In this document: positions 13,101-25,200 of the stretch, in pieces
How positions within the stretch are numbered: position 1 is the stretch's first letter
Layout: each line of letters starts with the position of its first letter
NCBI GenBank assembly: GCA_000708835.1
Contig: DF237138.1
Coordinates: 62,001 to 126,000, forward strand
DNA: 64,000 bases
From: Klebsormidium nitens
Lineage: Eukaryota; Plantae; Klebsormidiophyceae
Reading direction: 5' to 3'
Notes under the pieces: model-generated
What the model saw: only the letters and a program-made list of their open reading frames with translations
Told to the model about the DNA's origin: nothing
Database searches by the model: none
Position numbers and translations under genes: made by a program

Positions 13101-15007
13101 CTCGAGCACTGATTCTGCGAGCAGCAAGTTGGACTGGCGAAGGAATATCACAGTTTATTCTCTCCTCCCACAGGGGGCGGATCTCGTCATTCACAGCGCG
13201 ACCAAGTTTCTAGGGGGCCACCACGACCTCTTGGCGGGCGCGGTCGTCGGCTCGGTGGAGCTCATCCGTCCGATCCGGGACTTCGTGCAACGTGTCGGTC
13301 TTTGGGCCGCTCCTTTCGACGCGTGGATGGCCGTAAGAGGCATCCGGACTCTCCAGGTGGGCTAGCCGAAACCTCTGTGACTCTAAGCATGTAGTCCACC
13401 CGAAGGTCTGTAGCCTTCGTACTGCGCATCTCCTTTTTTTTTTGGAGGGATCACTGTGGGGTCAGCCCCTCGTCAGCAGTTACAAGCAAAGCCTGTTGTA
13501 AACGGCCTTTTGGCAATCGTAGGTGTTCGAGTTCTCGATATCGCTGGAACAATCCCGTTCTGATTCTGGTTATAGAGGGAGGCGCTGTTGGTTCGTTGAC
13601 ATTGCTCTTGCCAAGTGTTGACTCTTGGGCGGCTTCGCAAATGATTGATTCCCAAGGCTTTCAACGGGGCGCGCTACGAGTTGCCACCTCCAAAGCGCAC
13701 CTTAGAAGATGTCACGTTACAATGTTGGGTTTCCATGTTCGGAACCCCGGAGTATTGAACCTGCATAGTACGTAATGGCTTAGCTGGCACCCCGAGCTAT
13801 CTTACGAGCCCACTCAACGTGCTAAGGCTCCAAAACTGTCCCTTTCCGAAGTACAGGTGCGTATGGAAAGGGCATGGGCGAACGCTGCCGCGCTCGGCCG
13901 CCGGTTGGAGAAGGATCCACGTGTCACCGACGTCACGTGGCACGAGAAAGTCGCCCTGGTGACGTTTGTGGTCATGGGCGGAATTGACGCGGCCGAGGCG
14001 GCGACGGCTGCTCTCAAGCTGATCATAGTCGCGACATCGTGAGTGAACAAAAGAATTTTATGTGGTTTGGTCACCTCTCAATACGCTCGTTTGAAGAAAA
14101 GCGACAGACAACGCATCTAGACGCAAGTGCCCACTGCTCCAAATCTGCGTCATATTACGGAAACGGAATAGAAAACAAGACTTCCACGCCATTTTGGGAA
14201 TGAAGAACTTTAGAAAGAACTCGATTAAGTCTGCTATAAGCTTTGCGTCTGATCACAAAGGTGTTTTGACCTGAAATCCAATCCTTAGGAAGTAGACCGA
14301 GTGGTTTTATCCCCCCCATTCGTGTTTGTAAATCTGAAAAGCTGCTTACTTTGGAGATGTCGTTGTCAATTGCATGCCTCCTTGCCATCAATTTGGTGGT
14401 CTCAGATCGAAGTATGCATTACCAGATCAAGTAAAGGGGTCAACCTTTTGTGTTCGGAACCCCCCACTCACAGTTTTAGCAGTACTTGATGGCATTCCGT
14501 TCCTCATTTGCCCCCTTACCTCACCGATTGCACTCTATGAACTGTTGGCTCGTGTAAGGACAACTCGCACTTCGCTTCTAAAATGCAAGACGGATGTTTC
14601 ACGTGGAAGTTAATTCAGGCAAAAGCTCTTTCTTCCGCATCGCGATCGTCCATCGGAAAGCTGCGGTCAATATCAGATGCACTTGCAATATGTCTTTCGT
14701 CGCGTCGTTCAAGTGCTCTTCTTCAAGCTTCGATACAGACATGCTTAAGCATTGGAGGAAGCAGAGAAGCACGCTAGGAGAGGATTTACGAAACGGAAAC
14801 TTTTGGTACAGGCTCGGCGGTGTGACTACCACCATTTCCCACCCCGCGACTTCGTCTCACGCCTCTCTGTCTGCCGATCAACGGGCCAAGCTGGGCATAA
14901 GCGATGGCCATTTGAGGATATCCGTGGGTATAGAAGACGCTGACGACTTGTGGGCGGATCTGGATCAAGGTTTAGCGGCTGCGGCAGCGTTAAACAAACG
15001 TAACTAG
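10116..15007 (+). CDS. PLP-dependent Cys/Met metabolism enzyme (cystathionine gamma-synthase / methionine gamma-lyase / sulfhydrylase family), 485 aa, 6 exons
   Basis: join(10116..10350,10651..10752,11828..12387,13174..13356,13857..14038,14812..15007). GT-AG introns, frame-consistent (1458 nt). Motifs: [54 protein letters not shown], the PLP-lysine motif [25 protein letters not shown] and LRISVGIED. Confidence 0.92.
11190..11827 (+). repeat. Intronic echoes of the exon-3 acceptor plus 5' exon segment (GMGAIS...YNVYGG), 4 decaying copies
   Basis: Copies of ATGGGCGCAATCTCC start at 11328, 11505 (acceptor mutated AG>GG) and 11677; the true exon copy is at 11830. A more decayed tacaatgtctacgacgacact lies near 11214. 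Spacings are 177, 172 and 153 bp. Confidence 0.9.
12903..12972. repeat. Perfect 34-bp tandem duplication in an intron
   Basis: gcagagaatctgcctgcgggtttgactgttgaaa at 12903-12936 and again at 12937-12970. Confidence 0.95.
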
Positions 15008-16520
15008 CTCGCTTACGTGAGAGAACTTTCAAGCGGGGGAGGTGTGACGCCCAGCTCGGGCAACCTCGCAGAAAGTAAAAGGGGATATGCCACACATGAA
15101 ATCGTGCAGCTTGATAAAAACACTAAGAATGAAGGGCTTGGTAACGCACGCTCGGCACTGACAGATCGAAACGTGAAAAGTTGCGGCACCTTCACTTTGA
15201 AACTGAGGGTGTTCGGGTTAGGGAAAAGAGCGTCCGGTCAGGACTGCATTGGCGTGGTTAGTTGGATTACATGCATGTCAGGGGAGCAGGTACTAAAGGT
15301 GATAGCAGCTAGTAAGCTAACAAGTAAGCTAACAGGCGATGTACATACAAGGTAGGGCAAATTTGAAATTGACACGATTGCATCCGCTGTTCCAAAGTAT
15401 GTTAAGACAGTTGAACGAAAAGAACGTACAAAACACTCTACATCCGTTGCATGTATATCCCGGCGATATATGAGAGCCAATTGAGAGCTAGCTAGAAAGC
15501 CTGGCTGATAGGATTCGGACTTTTACTAGTTAATAAGCTAGAAATTACAGAGCTTTTCTCCACCTAGCTTGCCCGCCTCATCATTATCGAAGTTTGCCAA
15601 GTTTAACTAATTCAAGTCCACGCATGTGACCGTACGTACTAAGTTGAAAACATTGACCCGATGATCATCCAGATCTGTCCATGAGATCCAACCAATTCTA
15701 ATTGCGTGGCATAACTTATACCCATGTGCCCCCACCATGCATGATGCAATGATCGCATGCAGTGAACCGAACCGTTAGTACCGTACATTTGATGCGGGGC
15801 GGCTGCCTAGGGCATGTGTTATAGGGGCATGATGACGATCATGATCGATACAAGGCTTGCATGATAGGCTGTACATGGGCTATATCACACTTGGGCGGCA
15901 AACTTGAGCTAGACGGCATGGCATTATCAAACGATTGGTTCGTAACACTTTGATCTACTGTCACGCAATCTGGCCGGACAGCGCGGCTTGTTTCTCAATT
16001 TACCATTTTCGTGCAACTTTTGGCCTATAAGTTGGTCACCGATCGCGACAAGCAGTGTTCAAGCAGCCAAATCTTCGCACTAAATCAGAAAGTGTCGTCA
16101 ACTATTTTCTTGCCCGCGTTCCTTGGGAGTACGCCCCAAATAATAACTGCCGGTCCACTTACGAGCCACATGCCTTCGTATCACCAGCCATGACGCACCC
16201 TTTTCGCAGACGGGCTGAAGGGAGCCTCGGCTCGGGTGACGTCGGCGGGAAGCTGGATGATGTCAGCATGGGGTTACCATTCCGGCGGCAGACCTGCAGA
16301 GGTGAGCCTGATTGATTCGGCGTTTGGTAAACGAAGGCCGGCCCGCATAAGGAGGCTTGGACGCTTTAAAGTCTGCAGATGCACCGATGGACCACTCAGT
16401 GCCACACTTTTGAGGGACAACTGACTATATTCTGTGAGTGGTTAGGCACAATCCACACCGGCGCTTCTAAAGGAATGCGTCAAGCAGAGTTCTAAGACGC
16501 GTGCTCGTTGTAGATGCACC

Positions 16521-17065
16521 TTAGCGACGGGGTCGGAGGGAGCCGGAGAAGGAACAGCAGCGGAGCGAGTAGCATCGAACGATCTCGGCAAACCGGGAAC
16601 TTACGATCCATTCTTTTGGAACGTTGATCTGTCGTTCAAGGGAAGCGTACTTGCACTCTGCAGTCAACTTGAGAGATCCGACAGCGTATACGACGTTCAC
16701 CTGATACTGGTCGCCCGCACACTTGCCTTGCTCAGTTCCGCAGCGGCCTACTACGTGACGCACCCGCCTCTTCTGCTGAGACCTGGCAGTCTGGAAAGCC
16801 GAGAAGAAGAGTAAGGTCCCGTTTCGCTCGAGCTTCGTTTGCGAAGGCAAGAGACAGGGAAGAATTTTCTCAGGTCTCGGAGAGAAAAATGAACCGGGAA
16901 CCGATAGCTTGCAGCTTCCGCCATCTTTCCAGCTTTCTCCGGCTTGCTTGAAACCCGGCACGTGCCGTTTGCAATCACCACCCGTGATTTGCTGGAATTA
17001 TCCTCCCGCTGAAATGGCCCGTCCAGCGTTCCGCGAAACGATATGCCCTTTACAAGGGCGTCCAT
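16521..17065 (-). other. Possible small unidentified gene or exon cluster
   Basis: ATG at 17065 (MDALVKGISF...). An open frame at about 16610-16790 is flanked by a tttccag acceptor and a gtaagt donor. I could not build a frame-consistent model and recognised no family. Confidence 0.2.
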
Positions 17066-17929
17066 GATGATGACAAGGTGTAGGACTTTGGGCAGAAGAC
17101 TAGCCTAAGTGAGAACTTATCATGAAGATTCTGCATGATAGGTGTATCTCGTCAGCTTAGGTTGTGCAGCCATTTAACGCTACGAACACATAAGTCAGGA
17201 TTGCCTCTCATTCGGTAGGTAATCGAAATACTTCGTGCTCGAAAACCTTGTAAATGCCGTACCGGTAAAACGGTCGGTCGCAAAATGAAACCATAATGAC
17301 AAGGTGTTCTTTTTCATAACATGATAATCATAATGACAAATTCGATACGGAACATCTTGAAAGTCTAAAGCTACAAAGGAGAGGACTGGCTGCATGCTCT
17401 CATCCACCTTCAACAGAAGGCAATTTGCAGAAAGCTCGATTCAAAATCGGTACATTTAAACAGAAAGAAACGACTCCAGCAAGTGCAAAACACCAAGAGG
17501 AGAGACATGCAGAGCAAGCAGTAGCCCACAACCTCTGCTTTGAACTTTGCAGACAACCGATTGGCCCAAAGTCCGAAAGACTTACTCACCGAAGCTACAG
17601 TGAAAACGTCCCATTCGCACTGCCCACGCACTGCTCCTCCTGCTCCTGTTCCGCGGTCGCTTGCACCTCTCCCGTCGACGCAGCCCCCTCCCCACTTTCG
17701 GCCTTCTCCCCACTCCCATTCCGTCGCTGCTACGTATATCCCCGCCAAAACTTGGCCGCCACCTTTCCCTTCGCAGCTCTCTGTGCACAGACTCAGAGTC
17801 ACACAGAGCACCCCCACGCGATCTGAGGCGCAATGCTAATCAGAGCACCTTTGACAAAGGTGGTCGGGACCAGCAAGGAGCCTCTGAAGTCGTCACCTGC
17901 GTCTCTCTTCTTTTTGAAAGGTTCCTGGG

Positions 17930-20900
17930 ATGATGGAACCGCGTGTGGACTATTTTGACCGCCTGAGCGATGATCTGTTGGGAGGCATTCTCGAGAGACT
18001 GCTGTAGAATCCTCATGAGTTTGGGACGCCGGACAAGGCTTGTGGAAGAGTGTGGCTGGAGTCGGTCTGCAAAAGGTTCCGGAGACTGGTGCATACGTCG
18101 GGGTGTCTGGATTGGCAGTTTGACAGGCCTAAGGATGGGGATGCCTTCATGTGTTACCTGGTGCGCCAACGAGCTAGATTGAGTCCCTTGACAAAGGTAG
18201 CTCTGGACGTTGAAAGGACAAAGCACTTGGGGGCAATCCTACAGTCAGTGGTAATTGCAGCCCAAGGTAGCCTCGAGGAACTCCACTTATTTGTGGGGGA
18301 CTCGGTCCTAGAGGATGCTGTCAACTGGGAGTACATGTTCCTGCTTCTTGCTGCCCTGAGAATGCTCCGCATCCTGGATATATTTTCGTGGAAAAGAGGA
18401 CCTACACACCGATATCCAGCGACTTTGAGCAGATCATGGTTCCCGGATTCCTTCCAAAACTTGACGTCGTTGACGCTGTATGGCTTTGCAATCCCTGGGG
18501 TGGAATTCAGCTCATTCTCAGAAAAGTTTCCGCTGCTGAAAGCCTTGAGCTCCACTCGTACTCCACTGGCGCAAACGTGTCCAGCAAGGCGAGCGCACTA
18601 GGAAAGGCTTTCTGGTGGGGCGATGAGGAAGCCGGGGTCGATGCGGATAATGCAGCGAATCTCAATCTGCCGAGGAGCCTTAACAAAGTGGTGGCGCTGA
18701 TGGGGAGCAGGTTTGCGGATGTGAGAGAGCAGGCTGTGGTGGCTCTACATGAGCTGCTAAGTAGTACCAAGCAGCACATTGCCATAGCGGCTGTGCCTGG
18801 GGCCCTGCACAGCCTGGTGGAGCTCCTTGCTGACGGTGGGCATATGGCCGCTGCAACTCTGGGAAAGCTTGCTGACGAGGCTGCCAACAGGAGCCGCATA
18901 GCCAGTGTTCCTGGTTGCTTGTATAAGTTGTTGTTGCTTCTGGAGTGATGGAGTTCCGGCCCCAGGCATGTCGCTGCTGCAGAGACCCTGGTCAGTCTAG
19001 CAGGGGATGCTCACGTACATAGCAAAATCGTCAACGATTCCCACATTTTGGCAAGATTAATCGTCAATCTCAAGGACAGGTCTGGGAGGGTGTCCGAGAT
19101 GTCCGGCTGGGTGCTCTGGTGCTTAGCAAATCCAGGCGCTGAGGGCGCCAGTGCTAGTTCTGGCGCGCAAGGGTGCCTGCAGAACATCGTCGCACTGCTG
19201 GACGCTGCGGGCCTGAGCAGTCACTTCGGGGAGCTACTCTCTGTCCTGTGCAACAATCGTTGCAAGCCTGTGGCTTCGACGCCTGCGTTTTTTGAGAGTT
19301 TGTTCAGCCTGGCGCTGAGCGAGCGAGTCGACTTACAGATAGCGGCTGCGGAGAGCTTGCAAACTTTGGGGAGGGAAGCTGAGAGTCGCAAGCTGATTGT
19401 TCAAGTCCCGGAGTGGCTGCAAACGCTGACAGGTCTTGTGGATAAGGGCAGAGGCAGTGTGGCAGAGAAGGCGGCGAACGTGCTGCGGGATCTCGCAGCC
19501 TCTGACGGCGCAGTACGAGGCGCTATAGCGGCGGATGCTGGAGCGCTTCAAGTGCTGGTGAGCTGTTTGGTGGGCGAGAGCACCCCCGTGCAGCAGCCTG
19601 TTGCCGCGCTACTGTCAGCGCTAGCACGCAATGCCACGACCAGGCAGGCGGTTGTGGGAGCGTACGCCGGGTGCTTGCAGGGACTGACTGCGGCCTTGAA
19701 AGACGGGAGTGCAGCTGTGCAGAAGGCTGCCTTGGAGGCGCTGTGGGTTGTGGGGACTGATGACGGTGCTCGCGAGGAGCTTCTCAACGTGCCTGAACTG
19801 GTGCCGGCGTTGGCAGACATGTTAGACGATAAGCGGCCCGAGGCAGTGGTCAAAGCAGCAGTGGGGGCTCTGCAAAGCATCACGGGGTTTCCTGCGATTG
19901 GAGAGTGCACAGCAGACACGCCGGGGTGCCTTCAGAGGCTTGTCCAACTTCTGCAGTGCGGGTCGGGCCGCGTGCGCACATGTGCGGCGTTCGTCTTCTC
20001 CCAACTAGCTGCGGATGCTGGTTTCCAAAAGGTGGTTGCGGAGGAACCAGGGGCCATAGAGCAGCTCGTGAGTCTTTTGGGCGTCGGGGGGCCGGAGGGG
20101 GCGCACAGGCCGGCGGCGCGGGCATTGCACACCCTGGCGTGGGATCTCGAGTGCCGGCCCCTCATCAGCGCCGCCCCAGCGTGCTTGGAACAGCTGTTTA
20201 ATCTTTTCAAGGGTCCTCAGGACTACGTGCAGAGCGCGGCAGGGGAGGTGCTGTGGTTCACCGCGGTCGGCTCCGCCAGCAAAGACGCCTTTTGGGAACG
20301 GCCTGGGGTTGTCGAGGAGTTGGTAGACCTGCTAGGTGAGAACCGCACGGGGATCCAGCGCGCGCTCTCCGCCAGAATTCTGCACAATCTGACCCATGAC
20401 GACAAGGGCCAGGTTGACGAGGCGAAGACCCGGGAGATTGCGGCTGCGCCGGGGTGCATGGAGCGGCTGTTCGGCCTGCTGAAATGCAGCGAGAGTTCCG
20501 TGGCGCAGTGGGGGTTGAGTGCGCTCCGGGCGCTGGCCGCAGTCCCCGAGATCCGGACGGTGGTCTTCGGAGAGCCGGGCTTCCTGCAGACGCTCGTCGG
20601 GTTTCTCGACCTGGACGCGTTAGACGAGTCGATGCTGGACGTTGCGCCGCGCGTTCTGCACCAGCTTCTGTCGGCGGACGCGAAGAACCGGGAGGCCTTC
20701 CTTTCCACCCCGGGCGGCCTCGAGAGATTGGTCCGTGTCCTGGGGACCGAGCTGCCACAGTCTGCCACGTGGCTGCTCATCGACCTGGCGGGGGGATCCC
20801 TCAGTGCGGGGACGGATCGCGGGGATCCCTGGGGCGCTGCACAAGCTGGTGGAGCTCCTGAAACCGTACTGGATGCGAGAAGTGGCGCTTGAGGCGCTCA

Positions 20901-21283
20901 GCGTCTTTGCGGCTGATAACGAGAACGGGCGGGCGATCGCCGCGGTGCCGGAGTGCCTCACGACGCTGCAGACGCTGGCGAGCCTGCCGGTCGCGGAGAT
21001 CCAGGAGGGAGAGGACCCGGGGTTACGAGAGCTAGCGGCTGGAGTCCTCAGCATTTTGGGTGGGGCAGCGGAAAGAGAGGGGCCGCCGAAACAGGATGCG
21101 GGGGGAGCGGAAGGGGCCGAAAGCGGGGACGGGAGCGAAGGGAGCGGAACAAGCGAAGGGAGCGAAACGAGTGAGGAGAACGGGGTTCCTAACGAGAGAG
21201 ATGATCCCTTAATCCAACGGCTCATGCAACAATCTTTAGATAGACAACATGGAATCGACGGTCGGGGCCTCCTAAGCACCTAA
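17930..21283 (+). pseudogene. Intronless F-box / LRR-like / ARM-repeat gene with four lesions (ARABIDILLO-like domain order)
   Basis: F-box motif MEPRVDYFDRLSDDLLGGILERLL*...WLESVCKRFRRLV has an in-frame TAG at 18005-18007. An LRR-like stretch follows (LEELHL, LRILDI, LTSLTL). A -1 frameshift lies near 18538 (FPLL|ESLELH), an in-frame TGA at 18946-18948, then many ARM-like repeats (IAAVPGAL..LVELL), and a +1 G in a G-run near 20788-20794 (DLAG|DPSVRGRI). Final stop at 21283. Confidence 0.8.
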
Positions 21284-22283
21284 GCGCCCGCTGAGGGCCC
21301 TGGCATGCCTGCTCAATCGAAGTACGTTTGCATGGACGTTTGCCTGGTTCATGCGGCGCACTGCATGCATGTGGTGCCTACCATTTGCAAAATGAACTTC
21401 ACCCTTGAACAGCTATATCACTTATTACTTATAACTTACGATACACAATCGTGGAAGATTGACGCTGACAATCGATTTGGCGACATCGTGATACGGTGCT
21501 CCACTTTCAAAACTTGATATCTTTCAGACCGAATACTAGGGCTGTATTTCATGTAATTCTGGAGCTTCATGGATATTCGCACCCAACTTCGGTTATTACA
21601 TTCACTTAAAAGAAGGGCGTTCGACATCCTCTGCTCTAATCTCAATGCTTGCAAAACTTTGGAACGAGAAAAGTGTCTTTCACGGGTCGGATGCATTGTG
21701 TCAATGGGAAAAGAGGGCGGGAACATGCATTGCTGCCGAACTCGCATGTTGCGATGGGTATTGGACATGCAGTCCAGGTTTGACCGGAGTATCTGCTTAT
21801 GATACATCTGGATGCCGCATTGACTCTAGGACAGGTATGCATACATATGGATGCCGTATTGACACCAGGACACGTGCATGCCTGCTTCAGCAACTCAGTC
21901 CAGGATTCAGCCGCGCAGAGCCAAAGCACATTCTTGTTATTGGGAAAACCCGCCCTTCCGTATTCACCAACTGCTGATCGATCAAATATTCGATGCGCCA
22001 GGACCACCAGGAACAGACCCCGGTGGTCTTGAAGGAGGAACCGCAGTCTGGCCGCCCGCTGGACCACCAGCGTTCGATGCACCTAAAAGTAAAAGCTGAG
22101 GTTAGCATGATTAGTATACCAGGTCAATGTATGTTCTGATGTTCGACTTTGAGCATCAAACGAATAGAGACGTGTTGCAAGGAGGCAACAACTTAAATCA
22201 AATGTTCGACTTTCACCAATCGTGAACTACCGAACAAGGAATATCGAAACGAATGCTGAAGGTGAAGAAATAGCCGTACACGG

Positions 22284-25200
22284 TCACCGGGTGCCTAAGC
22301 TCATCCTGTTTTGCTTTAGACGAGTTTTGGGAGAAAAGTCACCTAAATTTGGCGGCTTTTCGCTGCTCTCCCCCGCCGCCGATCTTTTGACCACCGCAAG
22401 CCGCTGCTTGTGTGCCTCGTTGACGGCCTGCGGAACGAAGGGGACCGGAAGCCGAAGTGAACGAACGTGCAGGGGACAGGCACCAGATTCTCCGGGCTCT
22501 AAGGACGGGAAATAAACGTCGGAGGGCAGGAAACAGCTTCGAAAACGCTAACGCAGACTCAGACCGGCTCCGACAAAACGGTCAACGACAGGGCAGGGGA
22601 GAATACAGACGGCACCTTCTACAATCCGATCTAATCAAGCACTTCGCCAGCTGGAAAATAACCAAGCTCTAATTCCATGATAGTACCGCTCGCAATTAAC
22701 CGTGCACCCTTGAGTCAGACGATTGTGAGAACGCTTCTCAAAGAAAGGCCGACCAGAAGCTTTGAGAGAAACACGGCCGACCAAATGCATTGTTCACATA
22801 GCTCGATCCCGTTACTTGCAGGTCATCCGTGACATTGACTTGATTCAAGAACCCCCAATGCACAAAAATATCCAACGCCACCATCCTCAATCCTACAATC
22901 GCGTCCAAGCCAAATCAGCTTATTCGTAAAGCCGTAACAGAGGCGTCAAGCAAGGACAACAGGCCTTTTTTTTCCAACATCGAAGAGGGAAAGAGCGACC
23001 GAAACGTCTGCACGTGGACTCACTGGTCGCCTGTAGGGCCGCAGCTCGTCCCCACTGAAGCCTGGTATCGTCATATGCCAATTCCGTTCTGCACCACGGG
23101 GAATAAATTCCCGTTTGTACAGTGACTTCAAGAAGATCTGGCAGTGGATCTTGATTTCGACAATACGCCGCTCAAAGTGGGCGTAGTGTCACACTGGCGG
23201 CATCGCCAATGCATGACGACAGCAAAACTCGGTCAAGTGAGCATCGTCCGATGAATTCAGCTGACACTCTCTGCTATTAGAGATGCACTGCCGAGCGCAG
23301 ACGCCCAACATAATTGACGCCAATCGGATAGCATGGGTTTGCTCAACGATACTAGCAATCTGCCAGCGTGCGGAGAACAATCGACCCATGTCCGCTGATG
23401 CAGGAAACGAACCGCCTACAGAGAAGATCTACAACATAAGACGTCCATCAATCAAGCTTTTTGCATGTTAGAAAGCATTTTTTACACCAACCTTTCGTGA
23501 CAGTTTGCAGAAAGGTCTACCTTTTTCTTCGGACGATACCAGCGCAGAAACCACGTTTTTCACTTCAGATTTTCAAGGACACAACAGAACGTTCCGAAGG
23601 AACGTCGAGCAATCCAGCCACGATTGCTTACCTAGATGTAGGAGGACGTCCTTGGCCTCTAGGACCGGGGACTTTCGATGCCGAGCCAACGAACACGAGA
23701 AGTTGGTGACCTGCATCAGAACAAAATTCAAATAAGCGACGAGAACAATCACATCCTAGCATTGGCCTTGACCAAAGTTCCTCAAATGGAAGGCCCTTCT
23801 TTCACAAGAAATGGGTTCTGTGCGTCAACACACAACATTGAACCAGGCGCGCAATTTGCCCTTCTCTTTGATGATAGATGCTCGGAGCGGCCAAGATTAT
23901 CTCCCGCATGATGTGATCTCGATCCCCAGATCGCAGCTTGACGCTGGATGGAATCTGCAACCAGGCTCGCCCAGGAAAAATAGACCTTTTGGTGAACGTT
24001 TCCCCCCGATCGTAGTCTTACAGAGAGCCACTGAACTGCAGGGCGCTAGCCAAATCGACATCATTTCAGCCTCCGGCATCCGCCCTCAGCAAAAGCCGTG
24101 ACTTCGACCTGATTCATTGCAAAAGGAACATGGTGTGGTGAGAACCGACGGCCGACAAGGGCTCACCGATTCGATGAAGTCGTCAGCGACCTCTAGCAGC
24201 ACGTCTTCTACCTCCGGATCGAGCACCGCTCCTGGGTCCACCTGGAGAAGGAAAAGCCATCTTGCGAAGTAAGAAATCGCCTCGACCAAAAGAATGCTCA
24301 GCTTTTCAGCCTGCTCCAAGTACTTGCATTTACACTTTCGCATAGGCTAAGAAGTGTACTTCACGCGTTCTTCTAACTCTACATGAACGGTTGAAGTCCA
24401 GCCCTTTGGTTGGGAGGACCGCGGATGGCCGTCCGTTCGACACAAATCTAAATGATTATTTCAAGTCAAGCTTGACAAGATCTTTGATACAGGGCACAGG
24501 CAGGATCAAGATGATGCTTGCTAGGTCGAGCTCTGCACCTGTTTCACCTCTAAGTTACAGTCTGTTGCTCTGATCAGGTTTGAGAAGAAGCGTTTCACTT
24601 TGCAGAACGAAGATCACCTAGTTGCAAACGAGAAACAGTGACGACAAAGTGCAAGTGGTACTAAGACCTAGACCGGAACAAGATCAAAACTATTCCTAAT
24701 ACCTGGAATACGAACCCCTGTGACATCAAGAAAACTGGAAAAAGTGCAAAGGCAATTGAAGGTGCACAGAAATTGAGACTCGCAACCCACCGCACCTGTG
24801 CTAGTAGATCTTGTAACGTCCGTTTCCCAAGCAGCTGTGCCGGGGCAGCGGCGGGCGGTCTGCTGAATCGCGTGAGTCCTAAGGCCTGGGCCGCCTGGGC
24901 CTGGGCATTTGACACCGGGGGAAGTCCAGGGGAGCCAGAGCGCTGCAGGAGGCCCTTTTGTGTCAAAGCAGATACAACAAGATTCTACTTGAACATTTAT
25001 AGGACTTAAGTATTTATCATTGTCGTCAATAACGATAAGTTCTTCAAAAGCTTACACCAGTATGTTTGTACGACTTGTGTATTTAACAGAGAAACTTGCA
25101 AGTACGATTCAAGTTTGATTCGTCATATGACAAGAAGCTGGATCCGTGCAGCTATAGCTCTAACGCAGTCCGTGAAGAGATGGGAAAGGGTATGGTGGAA

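Noticed and set aside
19333-21279. Long antisense and alternate-frame ORFs over the ARM region (also over the kinesin tail and DUF4470)
   Set aside because: These are shadow ORFs of GC-rich coding sequence with no motifs or splice support.
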